Shown here one piece after another: positions 38,968 to 47,607 of a stretch of DNA of 64,000 nucleotides. The position numbers and the translations under genes are program-made. Each line of letters opens with the position of its first letter. Position 1 is the first letter of the stretch. The DNA comes from an uncultured Acidimicrobiales bacterium (lineage in GTDB: Bacteria; Actinomycetota; Acidimicrobiia; Acidimicrobiales; DATKAS01), in contig CAWKBM010000007.1 in assembly GCA_963847855.1 (NCBI GenBank), positions 85,079-149,078 on the forward strand. The letters run 5' to 3'. A model generated the notes under the pieces. The model was not told the DNA's origin. It was given only the letters and a program-made list of their open reading frames with translations, and ran no database searches.

Positions 38968-40821
38968 GCGGGTGGTCCGTCGATCGGTGGTCCATCAACC
39001 GCGGCGGAGATCGCGTCGTGCGCCTTCGCTGCGAGGTCTCGGATGGCGGTCACGTGCCCGAGCGCGTGTGACACCTCGGCGAGTCGGTCCGCAGCCTGCT
39101 GGTCGGCGAGCGCCGCGCCCCGCTTGGCCGCGTCGTACGACGCGGCGGCCGAGCGCAGCATCTCGTCGGCGCGGGCAGTGAAGTGGTCGCGCAGGCTGCG
39201 TTGCGTGCGCCGCACGGTGTCACGGGTCTCCTTCGACAGCGCGCCGGCGACCTCGTCCGCGTATTGGCGCACGGCCGCCTTCGCCATTGCCTGCCGCTGC
39301 GCGAGCTGGCGCTTGGCGTCCTCCCGGATGCCCCGGTAGCCCACGGCCGCGCCGGCCGCCAGCGCGACGGGCGCGGCCAGGGTGAGCCCGAGCACGCCCG
39401 TGACGAAGCCAGTGAGCACCGCGCCGCTGTATGACGTGCGCACCGCTCCCATCGCGCGCGCGCCGACTCCCGCCCTCTTCATCTCCTTCACCGTGATCGG
39501 GGAGTCGCCAGGGGGAGGGGACTCACCCGCGGCGCTGGGGATGAGGTCATCGACCGCCGCTTCCTCCTCGGAGAACACGGCCTCGACGCGCCGCGCGGCA
39601 GGCGACGAGCCGGTCGTGCACCGCGAGCTGGTAGTCGCTGGCGGCAGTCGTGATCAGCCGTCGGAGCTCGGGCTCGAACTCGACCCATACGGTGGCGGGA
39701 TCGGCCTGATCGAGTGCTTCCTCGGCCGCAGTGATCAAGCCACGGAACCGACTCCGAAGATCGTCTCCGAGGTCGGTGGTGATGTCCCCCATCGCGTCAC
39801 CCAGGACTTGCTGCCATCGGCTCGCCGCGCCGCGCAGCCGCGTGGCCTCAGCCGTCGCCGCTTCGAGCTGCGCGGCCCGCTCGGCATGCCCCGCGGGGTC
39901 TCGCAACGTCGCCGCCTCTTGCTCGAGCGGAGTGGCCACGTGAGCACATGCCTCCAGAGCGGCTGCGACAACTCCCAGCGCGGTGCGATCCCGTGTCTCG
40001 CCAGCGACGCGTTGCAGCCAGACACTCACCTCGGGGAGGCGCGACTCGACCGCGAGCTCCCGGTCCTGGGACGCCCGCGCTCGCCGTGCCAGCTCTGCGG
40101 AGATGCCGATCACCGGCACGTCGAGCGCGCGGAAGGTCTGGTCGTCGAGTGCCACGACGACCTCCCAGGTGCGGTGGATGTCGATCTTCGTCTTGGTGAC
40201 GAGGACGGCGTCGAGACGGTTGCGGATCGTCTCCACGTGCTCGGCCTCCGAGGCGGTGACGGGCTGCCCCGCATCCGACACGACGACCGCTGCGTCGCAG
40301 GTCGGGAGCACCGCGGCGAGCGCCATCGCCGCCTGTGGTGTCGCCATGCCCCCGGTCCCGGGCATGTCGATCAGTGTGAGCCCGCTGCGGAGCAGCGTCG
40401 AGGGCAGGGCGACGTCGACAGCGGTGAGACCGGCGACCGTGACTTGCTGCCCGTCCTCTCGGATCCACGCCGGAAGGTCTTCGAACTCGAGCGGCTTCCG
40501 CTCTGTGAGATCGGCTGTCTCGCTCGTGAAGATCGCGGCGGCCGTGGACTCGGGCTCGTAGCGCACGATCGTCGGGATCGCGGTCGCGACGTCGTCATCG
40601 ACGGGGCAGACGGGCTGCCCACACAGCGCGTTGACCAGGCTGCTCTTGCCTTGCTTGAACTCGCCCGTGACGATGACTCGGGCGGGGCTCGCGAGCTGAT
40701 CGAGCAGCGCGCGCACCGCGCTTGCCAAGTCCGCGCGTCGCCGTTCGTCGCAAAGGTCCGCGACGAGCTCGCCGATCTGCGCGGCAGCGTCGCGGTGGGT
40801 GAGACCGTCGCTCTCGGCCAT
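38964..40821 (-). CDS. Dynamin-family GTPase with hydrophobic hairpin, IniA-like; split into two ORFs (39547..40869 and 38964..39578)
   Basis: VIVTGEFKQGKSSLVNAL (G1), LIDMPGTGG (G3), VTKTKID (G4). The second ORF carries GAVLTGFVTGVLGLTLAAPVALAAGAAVGY and helical stalk-like sequence. Combined length is about 620-635 aa. Alternative starts at 40830, 40857 and 40869. Confidence 0.75.
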
Positions 40822-40902
40822 GGGTCTCATCGTGAGGCAGCGGGGCAGCTCGGTCATCCGTGCGCGCACGGATGACCCAATGGCGCGCCGGGCGCATCGT
40901 CA

Positions 40903-40930
40903 GACGAACAGCGTGTCGACGAACAGCGTG
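40903..40930. promoter_or_regulatory. Tandem direct repeat GACGAACAGCGTG x2 (15-bp period)
   Basis: Perfect 13-mers at 40903-40915 and 40918-40930. They sit about 20 nt upstream of the GTG at 40950 (RBS GAAGGAGAG) and in the divergent region toward the IniA-like gene. Confidence 0.45.
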
Positions 40931-40949
40931 CTGATGAAGGAGAGTCGCC

Positions 40950-42800
40950 GTGGCCGCCAAGAAGACCATCGCCCCCGCACCCGTGCCCAGCCGCACGTCG
41001 AGCGGATCGAAGACGGTGAAGAAGGACAACACCATCACCGCGACCCGCACGGACGCCGACGCCACCCGCGAACAGGATCCGGGCGACGCCGGCATCCACG
41101 ACGACACCGTTGATTCGGTGCTCGCGGGCATCGCCACGAGCCGCAACGACGCGTTGATCCGCGCGACGGGCGGTCAGTCCTCGCCTGACGACGACCCGAC
41201 GGGTGGTCGCGGGAGCACCGGCAAGAGCTCGGTCGAGCAGTCCTCTGACGCCGGGCCGGAGGATGGCGGGCAAACGACCACGACGCGGCTTCCCGCCGGC
41301 GGGGTCGTGCAGACCGACAAGGACGAAGGCGTCAGGAGCAAGGGCCACGCGGTCAAGGACGACGGCAGTGAGATCACCCGCATCGGCAACCTGATCGGGA
41401 CTGGCGGGCCCTCGGGTCCGGGACGTGACGCGCTCCAGCAGGCGCTCGCGGAGCAGGATGCCGCGGCGACACCTGGCACCGCGGTCGACTCCAAGGGCAA
41501 CAAGGTCAGCCAGACGCCGAGCGGTGCAACGAAGACGGTCAGTCCCGACGGCACGGTCACCATCTCCTCGGGCAACATCCGCAGCGAGAGGAAGGCCGAT
41601 GGAACGTTGACCGTCGTCGACGCGGTCACCAACACCCAGACGACCACGAGACCCGACGGCTCGTCGGAGACGCGTGACGCGACCACGAACACCGTGATCG
41701 ACACGACCCCGAAGCTGCAGGATCCGGCGCCCGCTCAGGGCCCCCCGGGTTCGAGCGAGCAGGAGTCACCGGACGACGATGGACCTGGCGAGCCGGAAGA
41801 CAGCACGCCCGCGGACCCCGACGACGACGGGCAGAGCGTCGAGCCCGACCCCAACGGGCAGAGCACCGAGCCCGCAGATGACCCCAACGGTCAGAGCCTC
41901 GTGCCGCAAGACGAGGTCACCGGTGGTGCCGACGATCCAGAAGGCGACCCGGACGGCCAGAGCATCGATCCCGAGCTCGATCCCGAAGGGCAGAGCATCG
42001 ATCCCGAGCTCGACCCCGAAGGGCAGAGCGTCGAGCCTGAGCCCGATCCGGGCACGAGCGCGGATCCTGCCGACGACCCAAATGGTCAGTCGGTCGAGCC
42101 CGATCCCGAGCCCGATCCCGCGGACGACCCCAACGGACAGAGCACCGAGCCCGAGCCCGAAGACGACGATGCCAACGGGCAGAGCGTCGAGCCCGAGCCG
42201 GAGCCCGAGGAGGGTCAGAGCTCCGATGCGGAGCAGAGCGTGTCGCAGACCGGTGACCCGGGCGGTGGCGATCCCGGCGATCCCGACAGCGGAGGCTCCT
42301 CGCTTCCTCCCGACATCTCGCAGGCGATCAAGTCCGACATCGCCAGGCTGCGCGGCGCCAAGCCGGCGACGGGGGACGGCGTGACCGATCCCGGTCCTGA
42401 GGACACCGGCGACGAGGTCGACCGCAGCGTGGCTGTCGTTCCCGACAAGTTCAACCAGCTCCTCGGCGGTGACAACTTCAATCGTGACGGCGACAACGTC
42501 GTCCACACCGGCAACGCGGAGGTGCCGACCGGCCCGCATGCCGGAAACGGCTTCACCGACCCCGGGCCCGACGATGACCAACCCCCTCAGTTCTCGGGGC
42601 CCGAGGAGGATCCCTTCGACCAGGGCCCTCAGCTCAAGCCCATCGAGTCGAGGACGACGACGAACGACGACTCCGACGACGATGATGACGACGACGGCGC
42701 CACGATCGGCTCGCCCCTCTTCGTGTCGACCGCGGTACGCCAGTTCCAGTTCGATCACGTCCCGGCGATCGCCGACGACGATGACGACCCCGACGACTGA
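40950..42800 (+). CDS. Polyacidic, low-complexity repeat protein (616 aa)
   Basis: High-GC3 ORF. By hand count, about 137 D/E versus about 38 K/R. There are ten GQS-centred repeats and a run of nine consecutive D (residues 575-583, DDDDDDDDD) near the C-terminus. No obvious signal peptide or TM segment. Confidence 0.7.
   Translation: MAAKKTIAPAPVPSRTSSGSKTVKKDNTITATRTDADATREQDPGDAGIHDDTVDSVLAGIATSRNDALIRATGGQSSPDDDPTGGRGSTGKSSVEQSSDAGPEDGGQTTTTRLPAGGVVQTDKDEGVRSKGHAVKDDGSEITRIGNLIGTGGPSGPGRDALQQALAEQDAAATPGTAVDSKGNKVSQTPSGATKTVSPDGTVTISSGNIRSERKADGTLTVVDAVTNTQTTTRPDGSSETRDATTNTVIDTTPKLQDPAPAQGPPGSSEQESPDDDGPGEPEDSTPADPDDDGQSVEPDPNGQSTEPADDPNGQSLVPQDEVTGGADDPEGDPDGQSIDPELDPEGQSIDPELDPEGQSVEPEPDPGTSADPADDPNGQSVEPDPEPDPADDPNGQSTEPEPEDDDANGQSVEPEPEPEEGQSSDAEQSVSQTGDPGGGDPGDPDSGGSSLPPDISQAIKSDIARLRGAKPATGDGVTDPGPEDTGDEVDRSVAVVPDKFNQLLGGDNFNRDGDNVVHTGNAEVPTGPHAGNGFTDPGPDDDQPPQFSGPEEDPFDQGPQLKPIESRTTTNDDSDDDDDDDGATIGSPLFVSTAVRQFQFDHVPAIADDDDDPDD
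41814..42221 (+). repeat. In-frame degenerate tandem repeats encoding D-P-(N/E/D)-G-Q-S-(V/I/T)-(E/D)-P
   Basis: Ten GQS units. Two adjacent 33-nt units (GQSIDPELDPE) are nearly identical. Confidence 0.85.
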
Positions 42801-42828
42801 CCCGACTCACACGCCGTACCGTTGACTC

Positions 42829-44235
42829 GTGGCCGACGCCCGAGTTGCCGAGCTCCTCGCTGAGGTCGGCCTCCCGGGCAACGCTGCCGACGGCGTCACG
42901 ATCACGGGAAGCGAGCCGATCTACGCGAGCCCGTTTCCGGTCGCGTCGTCGGCGGCCGTCGCGCTCGGCGCTGCTGCCGCGGCTGCTGCGCTGATCTGGC
43001 GCGACAAGACGGGCGAGGAGCAGACGGTCACGGTCGACACTCGCCGAGCCGGCGTCGCACTTCTGAGCTTCGTCTTCCAACAGCTGCTCGATGGCCCCAC
43101 GCCGCAGCGGGTGGCCGACAACCCGTTGATCGCGCTTTACGAGTGCCGTGACGGACGGTGGGTTCACTTGCACGGCGCATTCCCGCGCCTCGCCGACCCG
43201 ACGAGGCGAGTTCTCGGGATCGGCGAGGATGCCGACGCAGCCTCGGTTGCCGCCGCGGTGGCGAAGTGGGAGGCGCAAGCGCTCGAGGACGCGCTCGCCG
43301 AAGCGCGGATGTGCGGCGCGATGGTGCGCACGCGAGACGAGTGGGCCGCGCATCCGCAGGGCCAGGCCCTCGGTGCGTTCGCGCGGGTCGAGATCGAGAA
43401 GATCGGTGATTCGTCGCCCGAACCCGCGGGCGGGAGGGCCCGCCCGCTCGATCGTGTGCGAGTCCTCGACCTCACTCGCATCCTTGCCGGACCGACCAAC
43501 GGACGCACGCTCGCCGAGCACGGCGCGGACGTGCTGCTCGTGAACTCGCCGAAGCTCGACAACGTGGCGCCCTTCGTGATGGACACGAGTCACGGCAAGC
43601 GCTCGACGTTCCTCGATCTCGACGACTCCGAGGACAAGACGCGCCTGCTCGACCTGGTCGCGTCCGCCGATGTGTTCGCGCAGGGCTACCGCGGTGGAGC
43701 GATGGAACATCGCGGGCTCGGCCCCGAGGAGCTGGCGACCCGACGTCCCGGCCTCGTGTACGTCACGATGAACTGCTACGGCGACACGGGACCCTGGCGG
43801 CAACGACCCGGGTGGGAGCAGCTGGCGCAGACGGTGAGCGGCATCGCCGACGTTCAGGGAGCCATCGGTCCTCCGGTGCTCATCCCCGCGGCCGCGTGCG
43901 ACTACACGACGGGATACCTCGCCGCGCTCGGCACGATCGCGGCGCTCTGGCGCCGGAGCCGCGAGGGCGGCAGCTACCACGTGCGGGCCTCGCTCTGTCA
44001 GACCGCGATGTGGTTCGCTCGCGAGCCGCGCGTCGATCGCGACAAGGCGACCGGGTTCGGCGACGTCGCAGACCTCCTCGTCACGACCGACACGCCGTTC
44101 GGCCGTCTGCGCCATCTCGGTCCCGTCGCGCAGCTGAGCGACACGCCCTCTCACTGGTCATTGCCGACGACACCGCTCGGCGCGCACGCTCCCGAGTGGT
44201 TGCCCGCGAACTCATCGCCGCCTGCGGGCAAGTAA
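42829..44235 (+). CDS. CoA-transferase family III (CaiB/BaiF) protein
   Basis: VRVLDLTRILAGPTNGRTLAEHGADVL motif. Confidence 0.9.
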   Translation: MADARVAELLAEVGLPGNAADGVTITGSEPIYASPFPVASSAAVALGAAAAAAALIWRDKTGEEQTVTVDTRRAGVALLSFVFQQLLDGPTPQRVADNPLIALYECRDGRWVHLHGAFPRLADPTRRVLGIGEDADAASVAAAVAKWEAQALEDALAEARMCGAMVRTRDEWAAHPQGQALGAFARVEIEKIGDSSPEPAGGRARPLDRVRVLDLTRILAGPTNGRTLAEHGADVLLVNSPKLDNVAPFVMDTSHGKRSTFLDLDDSEDKTRLLDLVASADVFAQGYRGGAMEHRGLGPEELATRRPGLVYVTMNCYGDTGPWRQRPGWEQLAQTVSGIADVQGAIGPPVLIPAAACDYTTGYLAALGTIAALWRRSREGGSYHVRASLCQTAMWFAREPRVDRDKATGFGDVADLLVTTDTPFGRLRHLGPVAQLSDTPSHWSLPTTPLGAHAPEWLPANSSPPAGK

Positions 44236-44238
44236 GAG

Positions 44239-44805
44239 GTGATGGACAAGAGCACGGACGCCGAGGTGATCGCTGCGTCACTTGACGATCCCGCGTGCTT
44301 CGCTGAGCTCTTCGACCGTCACGCCCGCGTGATCTTCCGCTATCTCGTTCGTCGCGTCGGTCCCGAGGCCGACGACTTGCTCGGCGAAGTGTTCCGCGTC
44401 GCGTTCGAGCGACGTGACAGCTACGACCCGTGTCGACCCGACGCGGCCCCGTGGCTGTACGGCATCGCGACCCGCGTCGTCTCCAAGCAACGACGCAGCG
44501 AGGCTCGACGCATCAAGGCGATGGCGCGGTTTGCTGCGCAACGACCGGGTGTAGAGGACTTGGCTGAACGGGTCGCAGCGTCGACTGACGCATCGGATGA
44601 TTGGACACGTGTGGCAGACGCAGTGGCGGAGCTCCCCTCCGCCGAGTGGGACACGCTCCTCCTCTATGTCTGGGAGGAGCTCAGCTACGAGCAGATCGCG
44701 GCCGCGCTCGACATCCCCGTCGGGACGGTCAGGTCACGGCTCAATCGCGCTCGCGCTCGACTGCGCGACGCGTCCGCCCCGGCAGAGGAGAGGATGGGGT
44801 CGTGA
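44239..44805 (+). CDS. ECF-type RNA polymerase sigma factor
   Basis: Region 2 is FAELFDRHARVIFRYLVRRVG...DDLLGEVF. Region 4 is LSYEQIAAALDIPVGTVRSRLNRAR. Confidence 0.9.
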   Translation: MMDKSTDAEVIAASLDDPACFAELFDRHARVIFRYLVRRVGPEADDLLGEVFRVAFERRDSYDPCRPDAAPWLYGIATRVVSKQRRSEARRIKAMARFAAQRPGVEDLAERVAASTDASDDWTRVADAVAELPSAEWDTLLLYVWEELSYEQIAAALDIPVGTVRSRLNRARARLRDASAPAEERMGS

Positions 44806-45395
44806 GTGACGAGCTCGAACCTCTCCGCCGGCTGCGTCCCGACAACGTGTTGCCCGACGACCCGGGCGACCCCACGGTGCTGTCGCGCCAAAAGGAGCAG
44901 CTCATGTCCACCATCTCGCAAGAGCCCGAGACCAATCTCCGCATGCCCGATCTGTTTCCCCGACTCGCCTACGCCGACGAGTTCGCCGCGCTCGACTATC
45001 TCGTGCGCGTGTTCGGCTTCATCGAGCTGCGAGAGGCCCGGATGGAGCACGAGTGGGATGGCCGTCAACAGATGCTCGCCTGGCTGCGGCTCGGCGCCGG
45101 CATCGTGATGCTCGGGCACGCCAACCATGACGTGCACCGCATCTACTCGCCGAGCGAGGTCGGGCACACCACGGTGATCCTGCATCTCACTGTCAACGAC
45201 ATCGACAGCCACTACGCGCACGCACTCGCGCAGGGTGCCGACGTGACGATGGAGCTGGAGGACGCGTTCTACGGCGAGCGCCGCTACGAGGCCACCGACC
45301 TCGAGGGACATCGTTGGCACTTCGCCGAGAGCCACGAGGCCATCCACGCTCGAGGAGGCGAGGTTCCCGACGACCCTCAGGGCGGCAAGCCGTAG
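44802..45395 (+). CDS. Anti-sigma-like N-terminal segment fused to a VOC/glyoxalase-family domain
   Basis: GTG 44802 overlaps the sigma stop (GTGA). N-terminus is DELEPLRRLRPDNVLPDDPGDP. The VOC core is PRLAYADEFAALDYLVRVFGF...GIVMLGH...YEATDLEGHRWHF. Confidence 0.75.
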   Translation: MSDELEPLRRLRPDNVLPDDPGDPTVLSRQKEQLMSTISQEPETNLRMPDLFPRLAYADEFAALDYLVRVFGFIELREARMEHEWDGRQQMLAWLRLGAGIVMLGHANHDVHRIYSPSEVGHTTVILHLTVNDIDSHYAHALAQGADVTMELEDAFYGERRYEATDLEGHRWHFAESHEAIHARGGEVPDDPQGGKP

Positions 45396-45405
45396 CGTCA
45401 CCCCC

Positions 45406-45954
45406 GTGGCGTGGGACGGCGACGAGTACCAAAAGCGATTCGACGCACTGGCCGCTGAAGGTGTCGAGGTCCACGGTGAAGCCGACTTCGTCATGCGGTT
45501 CGCGCCCGCCTCGGTCCTCGACGCCGGATGCGGCACCGGCCGAGTTGCTCGTGAGCTTGCTCGCCGAGGCGTGGCGGTGGTCGGTGTCGACGCCGATGCA
45601 TCGATGGTGGCCACCGCCCGACGGCTTTCACCCGAGCTCGACTGGCGCGTCGACGACCTCTGCGCCTTCGATCTCGGGAGGAAGTTCGCCCTCGTCGTGA
45701 TGGCCGGCAACGTGCCGCTCTTCACGCCACCGGGCACCCAGCGCGACCTCGTCGTGGGCTGCGCCCGCCACCTCGATGCCGGTGCGACGCTCATCGCGGG
45801 TTTCCAGCTCAACAAGGGATACACGGTGGACGCATACGACGCGGACTGCGAGGACGCGGGGCTCGATCTCGTCGAGCGGTGGTCGACGTGGTCAGGCGAG
45901 GAGCTTCGGCCCGGTGGCGACTATGCCGTCTCGGTCCACCGCGCCGCACGCTGA
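45406..45954 (+). CDS. Class I SAM-dependent methyltransferase
   Basis: VLDAGCGTGRVARELARRG motif I. Confidence 0.85.
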   Translation: MAWDGDEYQKRFDALAAEGVEVHGEADFVMRFAPASVLDAGCGTGRVARELARRGVAVVGVDADASMVATARRLSPELDWRVDDLCAFDLGRKFALVVMAGNVPLFTPPGTQRDLVVGCARHLDAGATLIAGFQLNKGYTVDAYDADCEDAGLDLVERWSTWSGEELRPGGDYAVSVHRAAR

Positions 45955-46709
45955 ATTGCGTCCACGCCGATCGACGCACTCCATCGCAGCATCAAGCGCG
46001 ACACGCCGAGCGCGGCCACGTGCTGGCGTTCGTCGCTGTCGGGACGCAACCATGCCTCTTCGAACGGCACTTCGAGGGTCACGCGAAAGTCGTCGTTGCC
46101 CGCTTCCTTGGCTGCGACCACTGCGGCCGTCACTGCGCCGGGCAGGTCTCGCTGCCAGTCGTGGAAGTTGACCGCATCCGCATGCGCGCCGGCGATGGCT
46201 GCCATCTTCGGGCCGTTCGCGGCGACGAAGATCGGGGGCGGCGGATCGGGCAGGACCATGCCCTCGTACACCGAGTCGCGTGACCAGGCGGACCGCAAGA
46301 ACGTGATCGTGTCGACCACGCGTTGACGTCGCTCGGGCGCGCTCAGCACGGGGAGGCCGACCATCGCGAGCTCTCGCGAGTAAGGCGACTCCGGGCCGGC
46401 TCCGGCGCCGAGGCCGAGGCGCACTCGGCCTCCGCTCAAGTCCTGCAGCGTCGCCGCGGCGACGGCAATGTGTGCTGGATGGCGGGCGATCGTGTTGATC
46501 ACGAGCGGGCCCACGCCCACCCGTGTCGTGGTCGCAGCGACGGAGGCCAACACTGTCCACACATCGAGCACGGGACGGCCGCGAAACGAGATGCCCGAGA
46601 TGTGGTCATAGGTCCAGATCGCTTCGAAGCCGGCGTGCTCGGCCGCGACGGCCGCCTCGATGACGACCGACGCCCGCACGTCGATGGGGCTCAGGACGAT
46701 GTCGGTCAT
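45921..46709 (-). CDS. LLM-class (luciferase-like) F420-dependent oxidoreductase
   Basis: AEHAGFEAIWTYDH...GRVRLGLGAG pattern. Confidence 0.85.
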   Translation of the reverse strand: MTDIVLSPIDVRASVVIEAAVAAEHAGFEAIWTYDHISGISFRGRPVLDVWTVLASVAATTTRVGVGPLVINTIARHPAHIAVAAATLQDLSGGRVRLGLGAGAGPESPYSRELAMVGLPVLSAPERRQRVVDTITFLRSAWSRDSVYEGMVLPDPPPPIFVAANGPKMAAIAGAHADAVNFHDWQRDLPGAVTAAVVAAKEAGNDDFRVTLEVPFEEAWLRPDSDERQHVAALGVSRLMLRWSASIGVDAIQRAARWTETA

Positions 46710-46759
46710 GTCCGGTACATCATGGCCCGCCGTGACGACCAGAGCCCTAGTCTCGGCCC

Positions 46760-47260
46760 TTGATGGCTCTCGATGACGAACTGGTCAACAGGCTCACGTG
46801 GAAGATCCCCAACGCGCTGGTCCTGATCGGGTCGCGTTCGGGGGAGGAGCGCAACGCGATGACCGCGAGCTGGGTGTCGCAGCTGTCGATGGAGCCGGTG
46901 CTCATCGGTGTCGGCGTCGACAACGACGCGGTGACGCATCGCCTCATCACCGCGGGCGGCTCGTTCACCGTGAACCTCTGGGACTCCGAGGACACCAAGG
47001 TCTTCGTGAAGTTCTCCAAGCCCGCAACCGACGACGGCACGACGCTCAACGGTCGAGCGGTGCGCGCAGCGACCACCGGCGCGCCGGTCTTCGACGAGGC
47101 GCTCGCGTGGATGGACTGCCAGGTGCGCCACACCCTTGACCTCGGCACCCACACGTTGTTCGTCGGCGAGGTAGTCGACGGCGCGATTCGCGACGACGCC
47201 GCTCGGCCCGCGTCGATGAACGACACGAGGATGAAGTACGGCGGCGTGAAACGCCATTGA
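46760..47260 (+). CDS. Flavin reductase family protein
   Basis: NAMTASWVSQLSMEPVLIGVGV pattern. Confidence 0.9.
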   Translation: MMALDDELVNRLTWKIPNALVLIGSRSGEERNAMTASWVSQLSMEPVLIGVGVDNDAVTHRLITAGGSFTVNLWDSEDTKVFVKFSKPATDDGTTLNGRAVRAATTGAPVFDEALAWMDCQVRHTLDLGTHTLFVGEVVDGAIRDDAARPASMNDTRMKYGGVKRH

Positions 47261-47262
47261 GG

Positions 47263-47604
47263 TCAGTCGCCGAGATGCTCGTGCGCGACCTTCTTCGGCA
47301 CGACCATGCGCCACGCGTCGAGCACGATCTCATGCGCTTCTTCGTCATCGATCGCGTCGAGGCGCACGACGACCCAGTTGTAGCGCTGGTCTGACTTCTT
47401 CGGCATGAGGAACTTCTCGGGCTCGAAGGCGATGAGCGCATCACGTTCCTCCTTCGGGAACGCGAAGCCCATCATCGTCTCGTCGCGGGAGAACGCCAGC
47501 CACACGTACTGACCGACGCGGAACTTCACCCGATCGCGGACGAGCACCTCATACGCTCGGGGCAGGCTGAGCGCGAGCGGCCGGATGTCGTCGATCGTCG
47601 CCAT
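47263..47604 (-). CDS. MmcQ/YjbR family DNA-binding protein
   Basis: IRPLALSLPRAYEVLVRDRVKFRVGQYVW pattern. Confidence 0.85.
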   Translation of the reverse strand: MATIDDIRPLALSLPRAYEVLVRDRVKFRVGQYVWLAFSRDETMMGFAFPKEERDALIAFEPEKFLMPKKSDQRYNWVVVRLDAIDDEEAHEIVLDAWRMVVPKKVAHEHLGD

Positions 47605-47607
47605 CGG

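Noticed and set aside
41814-42221. Tandem repeats considered as a possible CRISPR array or minisatellite
   Set aside because: The units are in frame inside a long GC3-biased ORF and are of variable length and degenerate. No constant repeat/unique spacer architecture exists, and no cas genes are nearby.
40950-42800. Acidic repeat protein as an IniB ortholog
   Set aside because: IniB is Gly/Ala-rich, whereas this protein is Asp/Glu/Pro-rich and transcribed divergently. Only the position relative to the IniA-like gene is analogous.
42634-44154. 506-aa minus-strand ORF
   Set aside because: Antisense to the CoA-transferase gene, whose family III motifs are clear. The translation is Arg-rich and featureless.
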